NCBI GenBank assembly: GCA_963833425.1
Contig: CAWHXP010000008.1
Coordinates: forward strand, 404,578 to 468,577
Direction of reading: 5' to 3'
DNA from: an uncultured Methanosarcinaceae archaeon
GTDB lineage: Archaea > Halobacteriota > Methanosarcinia > Methanosarcinales > Methanosarcinaceae
DNA: 64,000 nt
Shown piece after piece: positions 22,276 to 34,933 of the stretch. Numbering within the stretch: position 1 is the first letter of the stretch; the number at the start of each line of letters is the position of its first letter. The translations under genes were made by a program, and so were the position numbers. The notes under the pieces are model-generated. The model saw only the letters and a program-made list of their open reading frames with translations, was not told the origin of the DNA and did no database searches.

Positions 22276-23586
22276 TCATTTGTTGACAATTCGACCGAGA
22301 AAATAACCAGGCTTTGACGCAACGATCTCCACATCGGCACATTGACCGGGGCTCAGCTCCGAACTGCTTATTATAACCGGACGGTATGAGTCTGTGCGTG
22401 TAAGAATATCTCCCATTTCAGTATACTTCGAGGCAAAAGCTTTGCCTCTCCAGCCAATTATTCCCTGTTTAGACTCGAGCTTAATCTGTTCACAGACTTT
22501 GTGCAAGTAGTGAGAACGCTGAACCGAAATCCGTGAGTCTAGGTTCCTGAAGGAAAAAGCTTTTGTGTGCTTTCGAGGAGAGTAACGTGAGATGTTTACT
22601 TTTTCCGGGCGGTATTTTTTTACCCATTCGACTGTTTCTATGAAGTCTTCATCAGTTTCACTGCAAAAACCTACGATTACGTCAGTGAAAAGGGATAGAT
22701 CTCTGAAGCGGGAACGAAATTTTGCAATGATCATTTCCACAGTATCCATTTTATGCATACGATTCATCGTTTTAAGCACAGAGTGGGAGGCTGACTGAAT
22801 CGGGAGATGGAGAAATTTAAAGATTTTTTCGGAATCAAAGGCATCTACTATGTCATCAAGGATTGATTGAACAGAAAGAGGATTCATCATCCCGACTCTT
22901 ATTCTAAAGTCGCCAGGAATTTTAGAGATCATGCGCAAGAGTTCGGGTAGTTTGAAGCCGGTATCCATTCCGTACTGACTGTCATCCTGGGAAGTGAGCC
23001 AAATTTCCTTGCAGCCATCCGCAACTGCAGCTCGGATATCCGCAATAATTTCATTCGGTGGAAATGAGTTAAGTTTGCCTCTCGCATACTTTACAACGCA
23101 ATAGGAACAAGCGAAGTTACATCCCTGGGAAATCTGGCAAATATGAATATTGGAATTTGAGCGCTCACGCGGAACATTAAGAAAGCCCAATGGTTCAAGG
23201 GTGTGGATTTCAAGGTGATTTTTTCGATAAATGCCCTGCTTTTGTCTTTGTTCGATTGAGAAAAGAAGATCTCCAAGACTTGAAATAGCATTTACACCCA
23301 GAATATGAGCTTCGGGATTTGCATGGAGGACATCTTCAAGCTGAACTTCGGGCAGGCAGCCTGAGACAATCACCTCTACATTTTTCTCACCCAAGCTACG
23401 GATTTTGTGGAGAATCTTTTGTTCTGTAGTATATTTTACAGTACAAGAGTTGCAGATATAGACCTCTGCCTGATCAGCGGTATCGAGACCCAGTAGTTCG
23501 TGCCCAAGCTTCTTTACAAGTGCTTTCATGATCTCGGCTGATGCCTGGTTTGCAGAACAGCCAAAACTTTCAAGATAGATCCTCAT
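22276..23586 (-). CDS. Archaeal tRNA t6A37 methylthiotransferase (MiaB-like radical SAM with TRAM domain)
   Basis: ESFGCSANQ, NSCTVK, SGCLP, CNFACSYC and HLPIQS. Confidence 0.93.
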   Translation of the reverse strand: MRIYLESFGCSANQASAEIMKALVKKLGHELLGLDTADQAEVYICNSCTVKYTTEQKILHKIRSLGEKNVEVIVSGCLPEVQLEDVLHANPEAHILGVNAISSLGDLLFSIEQRQKQGIYRKNHLEIHTLEPLGFLNVPRERSNSNIHICQISQGCNFACSYCVVKYARGKLNSFPPNEIIADIRAAVADGCKEIWLTSQDDSQYGMDTGFKLPELLRMISKIPGDFRIRVGMMNPLSVQSILDDIVDAFDSEKIFKFLHLPIQSASHSVLKTMNRMHKMDTVEMIIAKFRSRFRDLSLFTDVIVGFCSETDEDFIETVEWVKKYRPEKVNISRYSPRKHTKAFSFRNLDSRISVQRSHYLHKVCEQIKLESKQGIIGWRGKAFASKYTEMGDILTRTDSYRPVIISSSELSPGQCADVEIVASKPGYFLGRIVNK

Positions 23587-23748
23587 ATTTTAACTCTTAA
23601 CTCTGCATTTTACCCTTTAATTTTTAATTACTTTTATTCAGTTTGTCGTTTAGGACTTAAGTCTCAATTTAATAATCTGCAATTAAATTGATCATTACTT
23701 AGTTAGTTTTTCAAAAAAATTAAAATAAAAGGATGAAGCAAAAATGGT

Positions 23749-24837
23749 TTACAGGTACAGAGGAGTTTCTTGCTTATCCTTTATGTAAATGCTATCCGTG
23801 AACCTGACAATTCCTGAAGCGCCCATCGAGATCGTGTGTACCCTAGCATCCCCGCTACCAAATAGGTTTACTTCGCGAAGGAAGTGGCCAGGAGTAACAG
23901 CTGTTGCCGAGAAAATCACGTCATTGCCCGGCACAAGTTTGTCTGTATCAAGAACATCTTTAAGGTTCTCCAAGGTAATCCCCATCTTCTCAAGCCTCGG
24001 CATCTTTTCCTCAATTTCTTCATCGATTTTGTTCCTTGTGTGCCCATTTGCAACCGTAGGCAGAACGAGCCTTGCAAGGATCTCCCCCCCCAGGATTTTG
24101 ATTGCAGCAGCTGTCAAGACAGCTTCGCCTGAGCCCCCTGCACCAACAACCATGTGAATGCCAGACCCGCGGATTGCGGTTGCGATACCCGGCATGAGGT
24201 CTCCGTCAGCAACTAGCCTTATACGGGCTCCAGCTTCCCGAATCTCGATTATTTTCTGCTCATGCCTGGGCCTATCTAGAATTACGACCACAAGCTCCCC
24301 AATTTTCCTCCCAAGAGCTTTTGCAACTATTGCAAGATTGTGCTCGGCAGAAGCATCTAAATCGATCTTTTCATCTGGATGCTCCCTTTCGTAACGTACC
24401 ACATCTGGCCCTACAACGATCTTATCCATATAGATATCAGGGCCATGGAAAATTCCGCCCCTTTCAGCCATGGCCATAACCGCAACTGAACCTGGACCAC
24501 CGTTTGCCGTAAGGTTTGTTCCTTCTAGAGGGTCAACTGCTATATCAACTTCAAGATGGCTCTTCCATGTTCCTACTTTTTCTCCTATGTATAGCATAGG
24601 GGCTTTATCCCTTTCCCCTTCTCCGATCTTGATTAGGCCTTTCATATCAAGCTTATTCAGCATCCTCCGCATGGAGGCAACAGCTACCTGGTCAGCAAAA
24701 ATCTTATTACCACGCCCCATTTGATAAGCTGCGGCAATGGCGGCAGTCTCAGTCACCTGAATAAGCTTGGGTAGTAGGTCACACTCTATAGGCCCAGCAC
24801 ACTCAATCATTTCTTCCACTGTCTTCGGATGAGGTAT
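23749..24837 (-). CDS. glpX: Class II fructose-1,6-bisphosphatase
   Basis: IGEGERDKAPML, DIAVDPLEGT, YMDK and LDRPRH. The start is either GTG at 24819 or ATA at 24837. Confidence 0.95.
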   Translation of the reverse strand: MPHPKTVEEMIECAGPIECDLLPKLIQVTETAAIAAAYQMGRGNKIFADQVAVASMRRMLNKLDMKGLIKIGEGERDKAPMLYIGEKVGTWKSHLEVDIAVDPLEGTNLTANGGPGSVAVMAMAERGGIFHGPDIYMDKIVVGPDVVRYEREHPDEKIDLDASAEHNLAIVAKALGRKIGELVVVILDRPRHEQKIIEIREAGARIRLVADGDLMPGIATAIRGSGIHMVVGAGGSGEAVLTAAAIKILGGEILARLVLPTVANGHTRNKIDEEIEEKMPRLEKMGITLENLKDVLDTDKLVPGNDVIFSATAVTPGHFLREVNLFGSGDARVHTISMGASGIVRFTDSIYIKDKQETPLYL

Positions 24838-25444
24838 AGAATCAACTCCAAATTACTGCTTTCTGATGATTAAACTTTTTTATGGTTTATTTTTTTAATT
24901 GCTCATGTGAACTTTTAACACAATGGTACATTAATTAAACCTAATGGATTTAGTGGTTCAAATATGCTGTACCACCGAATGAACGTTCTCATTATTTTAC
25001 AATTTTTCTACAATGATTTATACGAAAAATTTTATCCATTCATCTTAATTTTATTTTTCGTGATCGGCTCAAAAAATTCAATCTCGTAGCCTCTTAAGTA
25101 GAAATTATGCCTAATCTCCACCAAAATTTTTCTAATTTAGAAGTATATTTTTCGATTTATGCATGCAGGCTACTCGAGCATTAATGCAAGATTTATTTCT
25201 CTATCAAATTTCATTAATTGCTTCAAGAGTAATTTAACTAAAATATTGACTTAATGCTTCAATGCTGTTTATTACTAGCTCAATAATGTTCGAACTGATT
25301 ACTGAATATCCTAAAGCCAGATCTTGATAATTAGAGAGAATTTCGAAGCCATATTCTCTAAAGCATGCCATCTCTCTACCTTTTATGCCCCCTTCTTTAG
25401 ATCAATCCACAAAAAATTCTGTAAACTAAAGTGACTGGTAATTG

Positions 25445-26443
25445 GGCTCTGTAGAAATTCTTAATTTGACGCAAATTATTTCTATAATTTTTTTGTTTAT
25501 GTTGTATACTATAATTTAATTTTAATCTCTTTTACTTGACAACGAAATTCCCTTGCCCTAATTGTTTCTCCTAATTTACTTTAACTACAGAAAACATTGT
25601 CTACACAATATTTCTTTGATTATATCTAATTTTGTCAAAGACCAGGTTCAATTGTTTTCTATATTTCCCCCTTATTTTCTTCCTTTTTCTCTCTCTTACA
25701 GGTACAATTGAATCTGCTTTGATTTATTTTCTAATTATAGAATGTATTTTATTCTGAATCTTATCCTTTATCCATTTCATAACAATTAGACTTTCTCATC
25801 TTGTTTAATCGCCTTATCAGAGCATTTGAATGTTTGATTTCGTGGTCTGTTTTTTGACTAATTTTCTATCCCAATATTACCTCTTTAATTATGTCTATTG
25901 ATATTGAAGTTCTCAGAAAGCTTAGAAGAAGTTTCCCTGTTCTTCTGGAATAATAATAGATTGCATATGAACTCGTAAATCCTGTTCATCAATCGCTGCA
26001 ACATAGACATTTTCTCCATATGACTATAACAGCTTTAGAATCCTTGACAGAAGAAGGCTAAACAGAGAAGATGGAATCCTGGTTACAAACTTTTGAAGGG
26101 TAGTAAAATGTGGAATCTTATCAAGAGCAAGTTTTTCTTTTATATCGCTCATAAGGTCAATAAGTTCTACAAAATCTCGATAGGCTGTACTAATATACTT
26201 TTTCAATAAAACCAGTACAAGAAGCGGATGCTGAATATAAATGTGTTTTGAATACTTGCAGGAATAAAGCTTCAGTCTGAAGATTGAACAATTTCAAGGC
26301 TGGTATCAACAAATTTAATGTACGTACTAAATTTCAATATCGAATGTTCCTTCGTTTTTAGCGAAAAAATAAGAAAAATATTAGAACGGAATAGTTATAA
26401 TACTATAGTGTAAAAGTTCAATTTAGAGCATTTCTACAGAGCC
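25445..26443 (-). mobile_element. Degenerate IS (IS5 family, ISH1-like type) with a disrupted transposase
   Basis: TIRs GGCTCTGTAGAAAT / ATTTCTACAGAGCC. Fragment YRDFVELIDLM...IPHFTTLQKF. Confidence 0.8.
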
Positions 26444-27304
26444 GATAATTGATCTTAATTTAAGGTCATGTCTTGTATATTGAAATGATTTGGCACATTT
26501 AAATTTGGGAAATTTTAGTACTTGAATACAATAGCATTTAGCGCAAAAGATCAAATTATCGATAAAAATACATTGGCTATATCGAGAAAGATAGTTACGT
26601 AAAAATTATCTTCAAATGGACAATAGTTTCGACCAAAAACTAGTATATAGATTACTACCATAAATACCCATATTATTTACAATTATCACTTGCAATTATT
26701 TGGAAATAATCAATATTTATCTCTTAAAATAATGAATAGGTAATCCTTTCTGTGACTCTGCAAGGTGCCACAGGAATTTTATGAAAGAGCTGTAATTTTC
26801 CGGATCAGATATACAAATATTGAGTTTTTTGGTTCTTTGTAGTTTCCGATTGATATTATATTTTGTTTTTGAAGGATGAGAAATCCAAGTCTCTTGGGCA
26901 AGTTCAGGTTCAATTTAGCGACAATTTTTTATCGACCAACCATATACAATTGCTATCTGAAAATCCAAATTTTTGTTCAAAGCACCTTTCATTTTCAATA
27001 CCTTAGATTTTCCTAATATAAGCCGTGATCGATTAAAGTTTCAATATTCCAATTTAAAAAAGACATCAACTCGCTTAGTATCTAGGCCTTTCCATCCAAC
27101 TTGTGGCCACAATTTTAATAGGTGATGGCTACTAAAATAATCAAAGGATAGGTCACTTTTTGACATAACAGTAATCTGACTTAAAATGAACTGGACTTTA
27201 GATAAATAGTCAAATATCTAGATAATTCAGATTGGATGCAAATATATCAGAGGAACAAATTAGTTAGCTCCAAAATTTCTACACTATCAAACCCAACCAT
27301 AATT

Positions 27305-27445
27305 TTATGCTCGTTAACTGTAAAAGCCGTCCAATAGTAGGGATTATGGAAAGGCTTCTAGTTTTGTGATTCTTCGGCTATTTTGAATTAGTAATCCATG
27401 TATTTTTCTATAAATTCTTCGCTTTTACTTTCCAATTTGCCCGAA
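27305..27445 (-). pseudogene. C-terminal remnant of a CHAT (caspase-like) domain protein
   Basis: KPFHNPYYWTAFTVN matches the CHAT terminal motif (PFxHPYYWAAF). It is preceded by in-frame stops. Confidence 0.6.
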
Positions 27446-27849
27446 AGGTAGCATTTTGATATCATAATTCTTACCTCTTGGTGCTATTCACTCGGGGATG
27501 AGAATGATTAACTTTCCTAATTGTAAAAGTTTACACTGATTTTGCAACAAAGCCAGATTTTTTGCACCGCAACCAGTTTAAGGAACGAATTTCCAAAGTA
27601 CTTAGAAAAACATAATCTTGGATAGCGATATCATAAAATTATTTGGGCTTCAATTAATCTACAACTGGATAAACACAGAGAAAAAAAATACTTTTTTATT
27701 CACCCTAATAAATGGGTTGTGGTGAAAAAATCTCTTTATAAATCTCCAAAACACAGGTGATATGCTCGTCTTTTAATATTTGATCAATGACTCACAGACA
27801 CGATCATTTTATGGTAAATTTGAAATGTTTTTTGATAAGGTTAATCACC

Positions 27850-28795
27850 CATATCTTTTTCCATTCTTCTGGTGTGAGGCCTCGTCGTAAAAGATAGAAA
27901 GTTCCAATTCTACATTGCCATAGGTTTTCAGGTACTGAGACGTGATTTGCTTTTCATCTGATGGTAACTTCCATTAGAGATTCTGGCATACTACCTGAAG
28001 TTGCACAGCCTCTATGAATTCTCCTGTTAACTCAGTAGTCTCGCCTGGTATTGTCTCAACTTGAATCGTCAGCAAATCATCGACAAGTTTTTCTGCCACG
28101 CCTTCTGCAAAAGAGCGACCAGCTTTTTTCACCGGCTCTCTGATTGCCAGCAGTTCAGCCTCACGGCACAGGCGCTCCATGTGAAAATGTATCCACATTC
28201 TTTCTGGCAGAGGATCTTCATAAGGGTCTAGCTGAGCTATGAATTTCTCCCGTATGACAAAAATCACCCTTAAAAGGGGGTCTGCTTCCAGAGCAATGTT
28301 TACTTGCTCAAAGAATCCCTCTCTATCTTTCCAGCGGTCTTGATACGAAGTGAATATTTCCTCAAACTGATCGAAGATGATGACACGGAGTAATGCCATA
28401 CCATTGTCATCATGCATATGCTTCTGTTCTTTCATAAACTCAACAAGTTTAATTTTAGCAAGGCGCTCAACATCATACCCTCCTTCAGCCCAGCTTGTGA
28501 GAGCATTAAAGACATATATGTTCGATATCTTTTCAGTTTTAATCTTTTTCAAATTTGTGCCTTTAACTCGTGCCACCGGGAAAATTTCAAACTGTTTTCT
28601 CTTCAGGAGAGGAATAATTCTGGCATTGATAAGTGAACTCTTACCTGCACCCGACTGGGCATAGACGAGAACCAAACGATGCGCAATGACTGTGGACATG
28701 AGACCTCGAACTTCATGGTCTCTTCCGAAAAAAATGGCTTCATCATTCTCTTCAAAAGGTTGAGGGCCCACATAAGCCTGGAGTTCACGTACCAC
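27850..28795 (-). pseudogene. STAND-class NTPase (nSTAND1-like), truncated
   Basis: YVGPQPF..FFGRDHE, Walker A AQSGAGKSS, Walker B IIFDQFEEIF and QLQVVCQNL. A stop at 27974 is followed by a short in-frame continuation. Confidence 0.85.
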
Positions 28796-29600
28796 GATTG
28801 AAAGCCTCCCATCGTGTTCTCAATTCTGCGGCAAATTCGCGGCAATCGTTCAATTGTACCTGGATATGAAGCTCCTCAAAATAGCTATCCAGATATTCCT
28901 GAGCTTTTTCTTTTTAGGCCTCAGGAACATTCCCTGGCACGAGTTTCACGGAATAGTGCACTCTGTTACTTATTTCTTAGTATTCAGCAAGAATCCGGAA
29001 AAGAACATGGGAACCCAAATCAGCTATCCTGTAGCCTAGAAAAAGAAGAGATGGATCTGTAAATGCCTCCTGAATACTGGGCGGGAGAAGGTTTTGTTTC
29101 CTTGATGTGGCAGTCCTTGATATGGCAGCAAGAAAGTCCAGATAGTCAAATTCTGTTAGAACCAGCGACCCTGGTACTTCATATTTGTCATGGAGATGAA
29201 ATACCAAAGGTTTTTCTGGAGTAGGAACATAGTCTGATGACGTTCGTTTGGATTGTATGATGCATTTATTCCATCGACAATATTCCAGGATTGATGTTTT
29301 GCCACGGCTTTTAAGAGCTTGCACCATAAGGTCATAGTAATTTGTGGTAATATAAACTGGCAATGGAAGATCGGCTAGCATTCAGTGAGGTTCATCAGGA
29401 ATTTCAAAGTATTTTTGGGAGACTTCTTTTAACATTTCTTTGATTTTGTTACACATTTCTTCTTTTGGAGTCATATGGTCTTGGGTCACACCCACATACT
29501 GCGCCACCCGTTTCAAGTCATCAGAGTCTTCCATTGGGTATTTGTATTTTTTTGCCCATTCATTTGCAATCTGAGAACTAAACAGGAATCTTTCCAGCAC
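28790..29600 (-). pseudogene. SIR2-like (SIR2_2) domain protein, fragmented
   Basis: LPLPVYITTNY, PLVFHLH, SLVLTEFDYLDFL and SLLFLGY. It carries stops and frameshifts and lacks its N-terminus. Confidence 0.85.
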
Positions 29601-29659
29601 TACCAGTGTATTATCTGGATCATTAAGAAGAGCCATTTAACCAGCTCCCCTTTTACGAC

Positions 29660-30099
29660 TGAAAAGATCACAAGTGCGATTGCTCGTTCAATCGGTGGGC
29701 TTGCAATTGTAGTTTTTGGTATTCTTACGGTTAAAGAAGCCAGAACGGTTGCTTTTTCCCCAAGGATCTCTCAGGATTCTTCAAGCTTTAAATTTAAATC
29801 TGGCCCTGCTTTAAAGGGCTTTGTCACCACCATTTCAAATCCTTACTTATATATGGTGGTTGACTGCCGGTGGTGCCCTATTACTCAGGGAATACGAACT
29901 TGGAATTATTATTGCAGTGGCTTTCATTATTGGACATTGGATATCGGATCTTATTTGGTTCACCGTCGTATCGTGGTCATGCAGCCGTGGAAAATTCCTG
30001 CTTTCTCAGAGAGTGCACAAGCATATTCTTTATGCTTGCGGAGCATTTTTGGTAGTTTTCGGTTTTACTTTCATGCTTAATTTAACAATGTCACGGTAG
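29660..30099 (+). pseudogene. LysE family translocator, C-terminal fragment
   Basis: GFVTTISNPY / WWLTAG and GHWISDLIWF. Frameshift near 29850 and no N-terminus. Confidence 0.75.
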
Positions 30100-31083
30100 A
30101 GTCAAAATAACTCAATCCCTTCCCAAACATTTCAGGACTTTCGAATGGAAGAAATTGAAGATAAAAGAATTTTTTAAAAGCATTCAAAATGCTAAATCCG
30201 TCTTTCAATAATATTTGATGGAATTTAAATATAAGATAAGCTTCTATTAATTTTTGTGAGTCACTCGTAAATATCCAAACAGTAATTAAAGAATTAAGAA
30301 GTGAAATAATCCTAAAAGCTCATCGTAAAATTATGCTTGATCGTACGTCTGAGCGAAAAGTTTCAAATTATCGAAAGGCGAGAGTAGGGATAAAAGAAAC
30401 GACCTGTCAGTGAAGCACAACTTTATCTCAAGGCCCTCCTACAGGATAGCGCTATAGATACCTTTTCTCCGCAATAATCTACAACTGCCTTATAATTGGT
30501 ACCTGCATCGATTTTCATCGTCTATAAACAATTATAGAGCCTAAAATATAATACATTCTCATAAGTAGAACCAAAAGGTAAATGGTTTTCTGCACAAGTG
30601 GCATCTAAAAAGATTAAATGCTTAGTAGGAAATGTATCTAGTAGATTAAGATTTCATTACCTATTCTCAAATACTTTCCAAATATAGTCTTTCTCGTCTG
30701 TTCTACTGCTTAAATTCGTACTTGTACAGAGCACCACCACCGATTACTCGAACCTCTAATCAATAATCCAGTATAATAATGATGTAACTCTCAGCTGTAA
30801 AAAGTTTTTTTCACTTTTCATTATTATGACAAAAAAAAGAGGTTAAGGACCTTTAAGAGTTGAAATAAATCTGTCTATAATTACTAACAATATCTTCACC
30901 CTTACATACGAGCTCAAGATCAGGGCCCCATTATTTACCAGCTCTGTGTGTTTTCGTTCATATTAATTGTAAATAATGCTTTTGGCAAGTTGTCGAGTGC
31001 TTTTATCCTATATTCCTAAAATTTAAACCCTGTGGATTTGCTTGATTGTAGGATACAGGATTCCAAAAACAAGGCTGTTAAGA

Positions 31084-32343
31084 TTAAGTTCTATTGAAAT
31101 GACGCGCTAAAAGCGGGAGATAGTCAAAGTCACTTCCATTAACTCTGTAAGGCTGATCCCTAATTCCGTTTGAATTCGAATCGTCAACAATTTGAGAAAA
31201 TCCTGTACCATTCGGATTTGCCCATAAGTTTCCACCTAGATATGGGCCCTTTATAATATTCGTTCTTTTCGTTTTTGTAGTGTTCCAAAAATTACCTGCA
31301 CTATTTTCTACTCTCACATTTAAAGTGTTATTAAAATAATTATTGTAGATGTGATTATCAGTTATTTCATCCCGCAAATCGATACCCGATTCTTTACTGT
31401 AGATGACCATATTGTTTGATAGCTCATTTTCATGGCAGTTATCCCTCAAAAAGATGCCTATGCTACTGTTGGAAATAGTATTGTTGTAGACTCTGGATTT
31501 AAAGACGAAGGTAAGATCGATGCCGTAATTACAGTCTATTATTTTGTTATCACAAAGCACATTTTTCGCTTGAACATCATAAATTTCTATCCCAGTGCTG
31601 CAATTTAGGATATTATTTGTTGAAACAATATTATTTCCACCACAACAGCCAATGATTATTCCTCCACCATTTGAGACTCGATTCCGGAATACTGTATTAT
31701 TCCAGCACTGTGCACCCAGAGTAAGATCTCCTTTCACAATTGTATTACCTAGTAACTTGTTCTGGCTGCATCCTTCATCAAGCCATATGCTGTTATTGGA
31801 AAATTTATTATGTAAGAGTGTATTATTTATTGATTCCTGAAGGTAAACCCCATATCGATTTTCATAAAGGCTATTCCCCTCAATTATGCAGTTGTTAGCG
31901 TGTTCGAGGAAAATCCTTGCTGGAGGACCATAAACTCCATTCCATATCCCAAGTGTATTGGCAGTTTCCCCTGATCCAGTTATATTTAAACTCTTAATTG
32001 TCACATTATCCGCTTTAATCTGAAATACACTGGAATTTTCATTCAGGCACCTTACAATCGCACCCCCATAGCTATCTGTGTCTGAAGTGATCGTTATCCC
32101 AGATACGTTGACTATCACATTTTCCCTATAGTCCCCAGTTTTCAATAAAACAAAATCTCCTGGCGTTGAATTATTCACAGCAGCCTGAATCGAATTTCCA
32201 GGTTTCACATAAATGATTTTTCCACTTCCAACGCCTACAAAAAGTAAAAATAAAATGACAACCAGTAAGGTACTTGTTAGCTTGATAAAATATTTATCTA
32301 TAAGTGTAATTTTCAAAAATAAATCCCTCTCGATATTTCGCAT
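31084..32343 (-). CDS. Secreted NosD-like right-handed beta-helix surface protein
   Basis: Signal peptide, SIQAAVNN, Asn-rich beta-helix repeats, IYNNYFNN, GPYLGGN.W and DYLPL. Confidence 0.9.
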   Translation of the reverse strand: MRNIERDLFLKITLIDKYFIKLTSTLLVVILFLLFVGVGSGKIIYVKPGNSIQAAVNNSTPGDFVLLKTGDYRENVIVNVSGITITSDTDSYGGAIVRCLNENSSVFQIKADNVTIKSLNITGSGETANTLGIWNGVYGPPARIFLEHANNCIIEGNSLYENRYGVYLQESINNTLLHNKFSNNSIWLDEGCSQNKLLGNTIVKGDLTLGAQCWNNTVFRNRVSNGGGIIIGCCGGNNIVSTNNILNCSTGIEIYDVQAKNVLCDNKIIDCNYGIDLTFVFKSRVYNNTISNSSIGIFLRDNCHENELSNNMVIYSKESGIDLRDEITDNHIYNNYFNNTLNVRVENSAGNFWNTTKTKRTNIIKGPYLGGNLWANPNGTGFSQIVDDSNSNGIRDQPYRVNGSDFDYLPLLARHFNRT

Positions 32344-33485
32344 AGCCTTTCAAGCATAGGATATAATAAATTTTGAACCGACAGCATCGTGAGAAGCAAC
32401 CATAATTTAGTAAATGGCGAGTACTTATTATTATATATATTTGCTATTATATATATCATCTATGTCTTTGTTTCCATAATTTAAATATCTGCAAATTGTG
32501 AAACTTTCTGGAAAAGAAAAATACTAGCATTTACAGGACTCAAAAAGATCTAGTAAAGAAACAATTATTTACAAGTTCAGATACCTTTTGGCTTCCCAAA
32601 AGAGAAAAGGTATCATTCCATTGAGTTATAATGTAATTGATGTATGAAGTATCCTATCATGTTTTGGCTTTGGCCTTGAGTTATTGATCAAATCCAGTAC
32701 CTCATCAGCTCCAAATAGACTATTTTAAAACTGACTATACTCCTTTTAGCCTCATTAAACTATTGATGCACTAGTTAGCTGTAGCTTTATTCAAGCCATA
32801 GGAAGAATAAAATATGATTTTAACCAAACAATTCGCCTCAAAATATATGCTTAAAATTAAGCACATGTCTCAGAATATTAGTATTTACATTTTAAATGGA
32901 ATGAGATATATAATTATTCAAAAAATATATATATATAATAACGTCTTTTAATATATATTTTATTCCAGTCGAATGACTCCCAGCTTGCTTTGGTACGAAA
33001 ACTTCCCAGATAACTGTTAATGACTAACAAATTCATTTTCTAAGCTACTTATAGAAGATTAAATATAACTAGTCATTAAAAACCACAACACTTGTTATTC
33101 TCACCTATTAGTCCGTACCCCATAGATATAAACAATGTAAAATTTATTCGCCTATTTACCGTTATAATCCATTAACAGTCATATTTACTTTTAAGACACT
33201 TGCGTATCTATAAAATGTGTAACATTTTTGTGGCCTTCTGCGAAAAGTTCGATATAACTAGATTTTAACCTTAATACGATTTACATACTTAATTTACAAA
33301 ATCCACTCTTTAGAGATCAATCAAATTCACTTTTAGGCAACTAACTGTTTAATGTACTGATTTCTCAACTCGGTAGCATCATGAAACTAAAATACTTAAA
33401 ACCGCTTTTGTCATCATATCTACATACTAACGTAAATAGTTCATTGTTGGAGCATCGCCCAATATGTTAGGAATTATAAATTATA

Positions 33486-34616
33486 GAGGATTTCGATAAA
33501 CTTCGGATTTTATTTCTTAGCAGGAATTTCCCATATCTTCCCCTCAATTTCTCTATTTAATTCCTCTTTTTGGCTTTACTTATCCTCAATTCTTTGATTT
33601 TAAAGATAGCTTCCGCTATTTTAAATATACTTTTTTTATTTTCAGTGTCCTCAATTGATGGAAATTATAACAAAAAGCCGTACACAACATTTTTAGATTT
33701 ACTCTTTTAACAGTAGTAACAAAAACTCTTCCTGCTTTGAAAATTTCTTTCGTTACTGAATAAACTCCTTCTACTGGGACTCTTTTTGAGCTAATTTTCT
33801 TATTTCTGAATATATCCTTTATTCCCAGCGTATGTCCTTTGACTGCTCTTTTCATTGTTGCATTATACCCTTTCGTTTTTGCTCAAAGTATCCTCTGTCC
33901 CTATAAACCACTTCATTTTCCTCTGTCACATCTACATACGAATCATGTACTGACGCAGTTGTTGTTTTGAATCTTCTGATTAGCTCATAATCTCTGTCTA
34001 TTATATTATGAAGCTTATATCCAAAATGAGACTTACCTCCCTTTTTTGTCCATGTTCCGTCTCTGCTTCTTCTTGTTTTTGCCTCATCTCTCTGCTTTCG
34101 CATGTCCTGGATCTGAATGGATAAAAGTAGCATCCTGAATCATTCCCTCTTTATCTGTAAACCCAGAGTATCAAGTTGGCTTTGCAACTTTCCCCATATT
34201 TTCTTTGAAATTTTCGATAATTCTCTCCCTAAATAGCTATACAGTAGTACTGTCAGGTATGTATTCCAGAAATCCAAGGAATTTCCTAAAAAAATTCGAT
34301 CTATACAATGTTTCTCAAGTTCAAAATCAGAGAGCCTGTGCCATTGTTGTAAAACAAGCATTTTGAACATCACAATGACATCAGTTCCAGGTCTCCCTCC
34401 TGAAACGGTTTTGTTAATATACATAGACTAAAGAATAATACGAAAAGTTTTCCAATCAATTAAGGAATCAATTTCAGCCAGCTTATCTCCAACAGATTCA
34501 AGACGTTTATACTCTTCTTTAAGAGCAAAATCAATAAGAGTTTTCATGAATATACATAAATATTTACAAATTTAAAGTCAACCATGCTCAAGAGCATGGA
34601 GATTATCGAAATTCTC
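33486..34616 (-). mobile_element. IS5-family element, copy 2, transposase disrupted
   Basis: Same TIRs as copy 1 and a closely similar interior. Confidence 0.93.
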
Positions 34617-34933
34617 TATAATTAATATTAATCGAGTTAATTTTTAAAATGTTTCATGAAGAAATAATCTTTATATAGACACTATCATAAAACATGATTA
34701 ATATTAAATTGTTGTTCAATGTCACAATTTCTTATGGGGAAATAAATTTTATTCTGAAACTATTTTTTTTATAATTAATTTAAAATAACTAACAAATTCA
34801 GTAAATATCATAGTGCTTCAAAATTTATTGGTGTGATAAATAAATATTAACCAAATAATTTTTGTAGTGTGAATAGTTACAAAAAATAAACTACCTTATA
34901 ATTATCAATTTTAACCACAAAGGAGTAAAATAA

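Noticed and set aside
26720..27130. Minus-strand coding-like remnant next to the CHAT motif
   Set aside because: It looks like a decayed gene, but I could not recognise a family.
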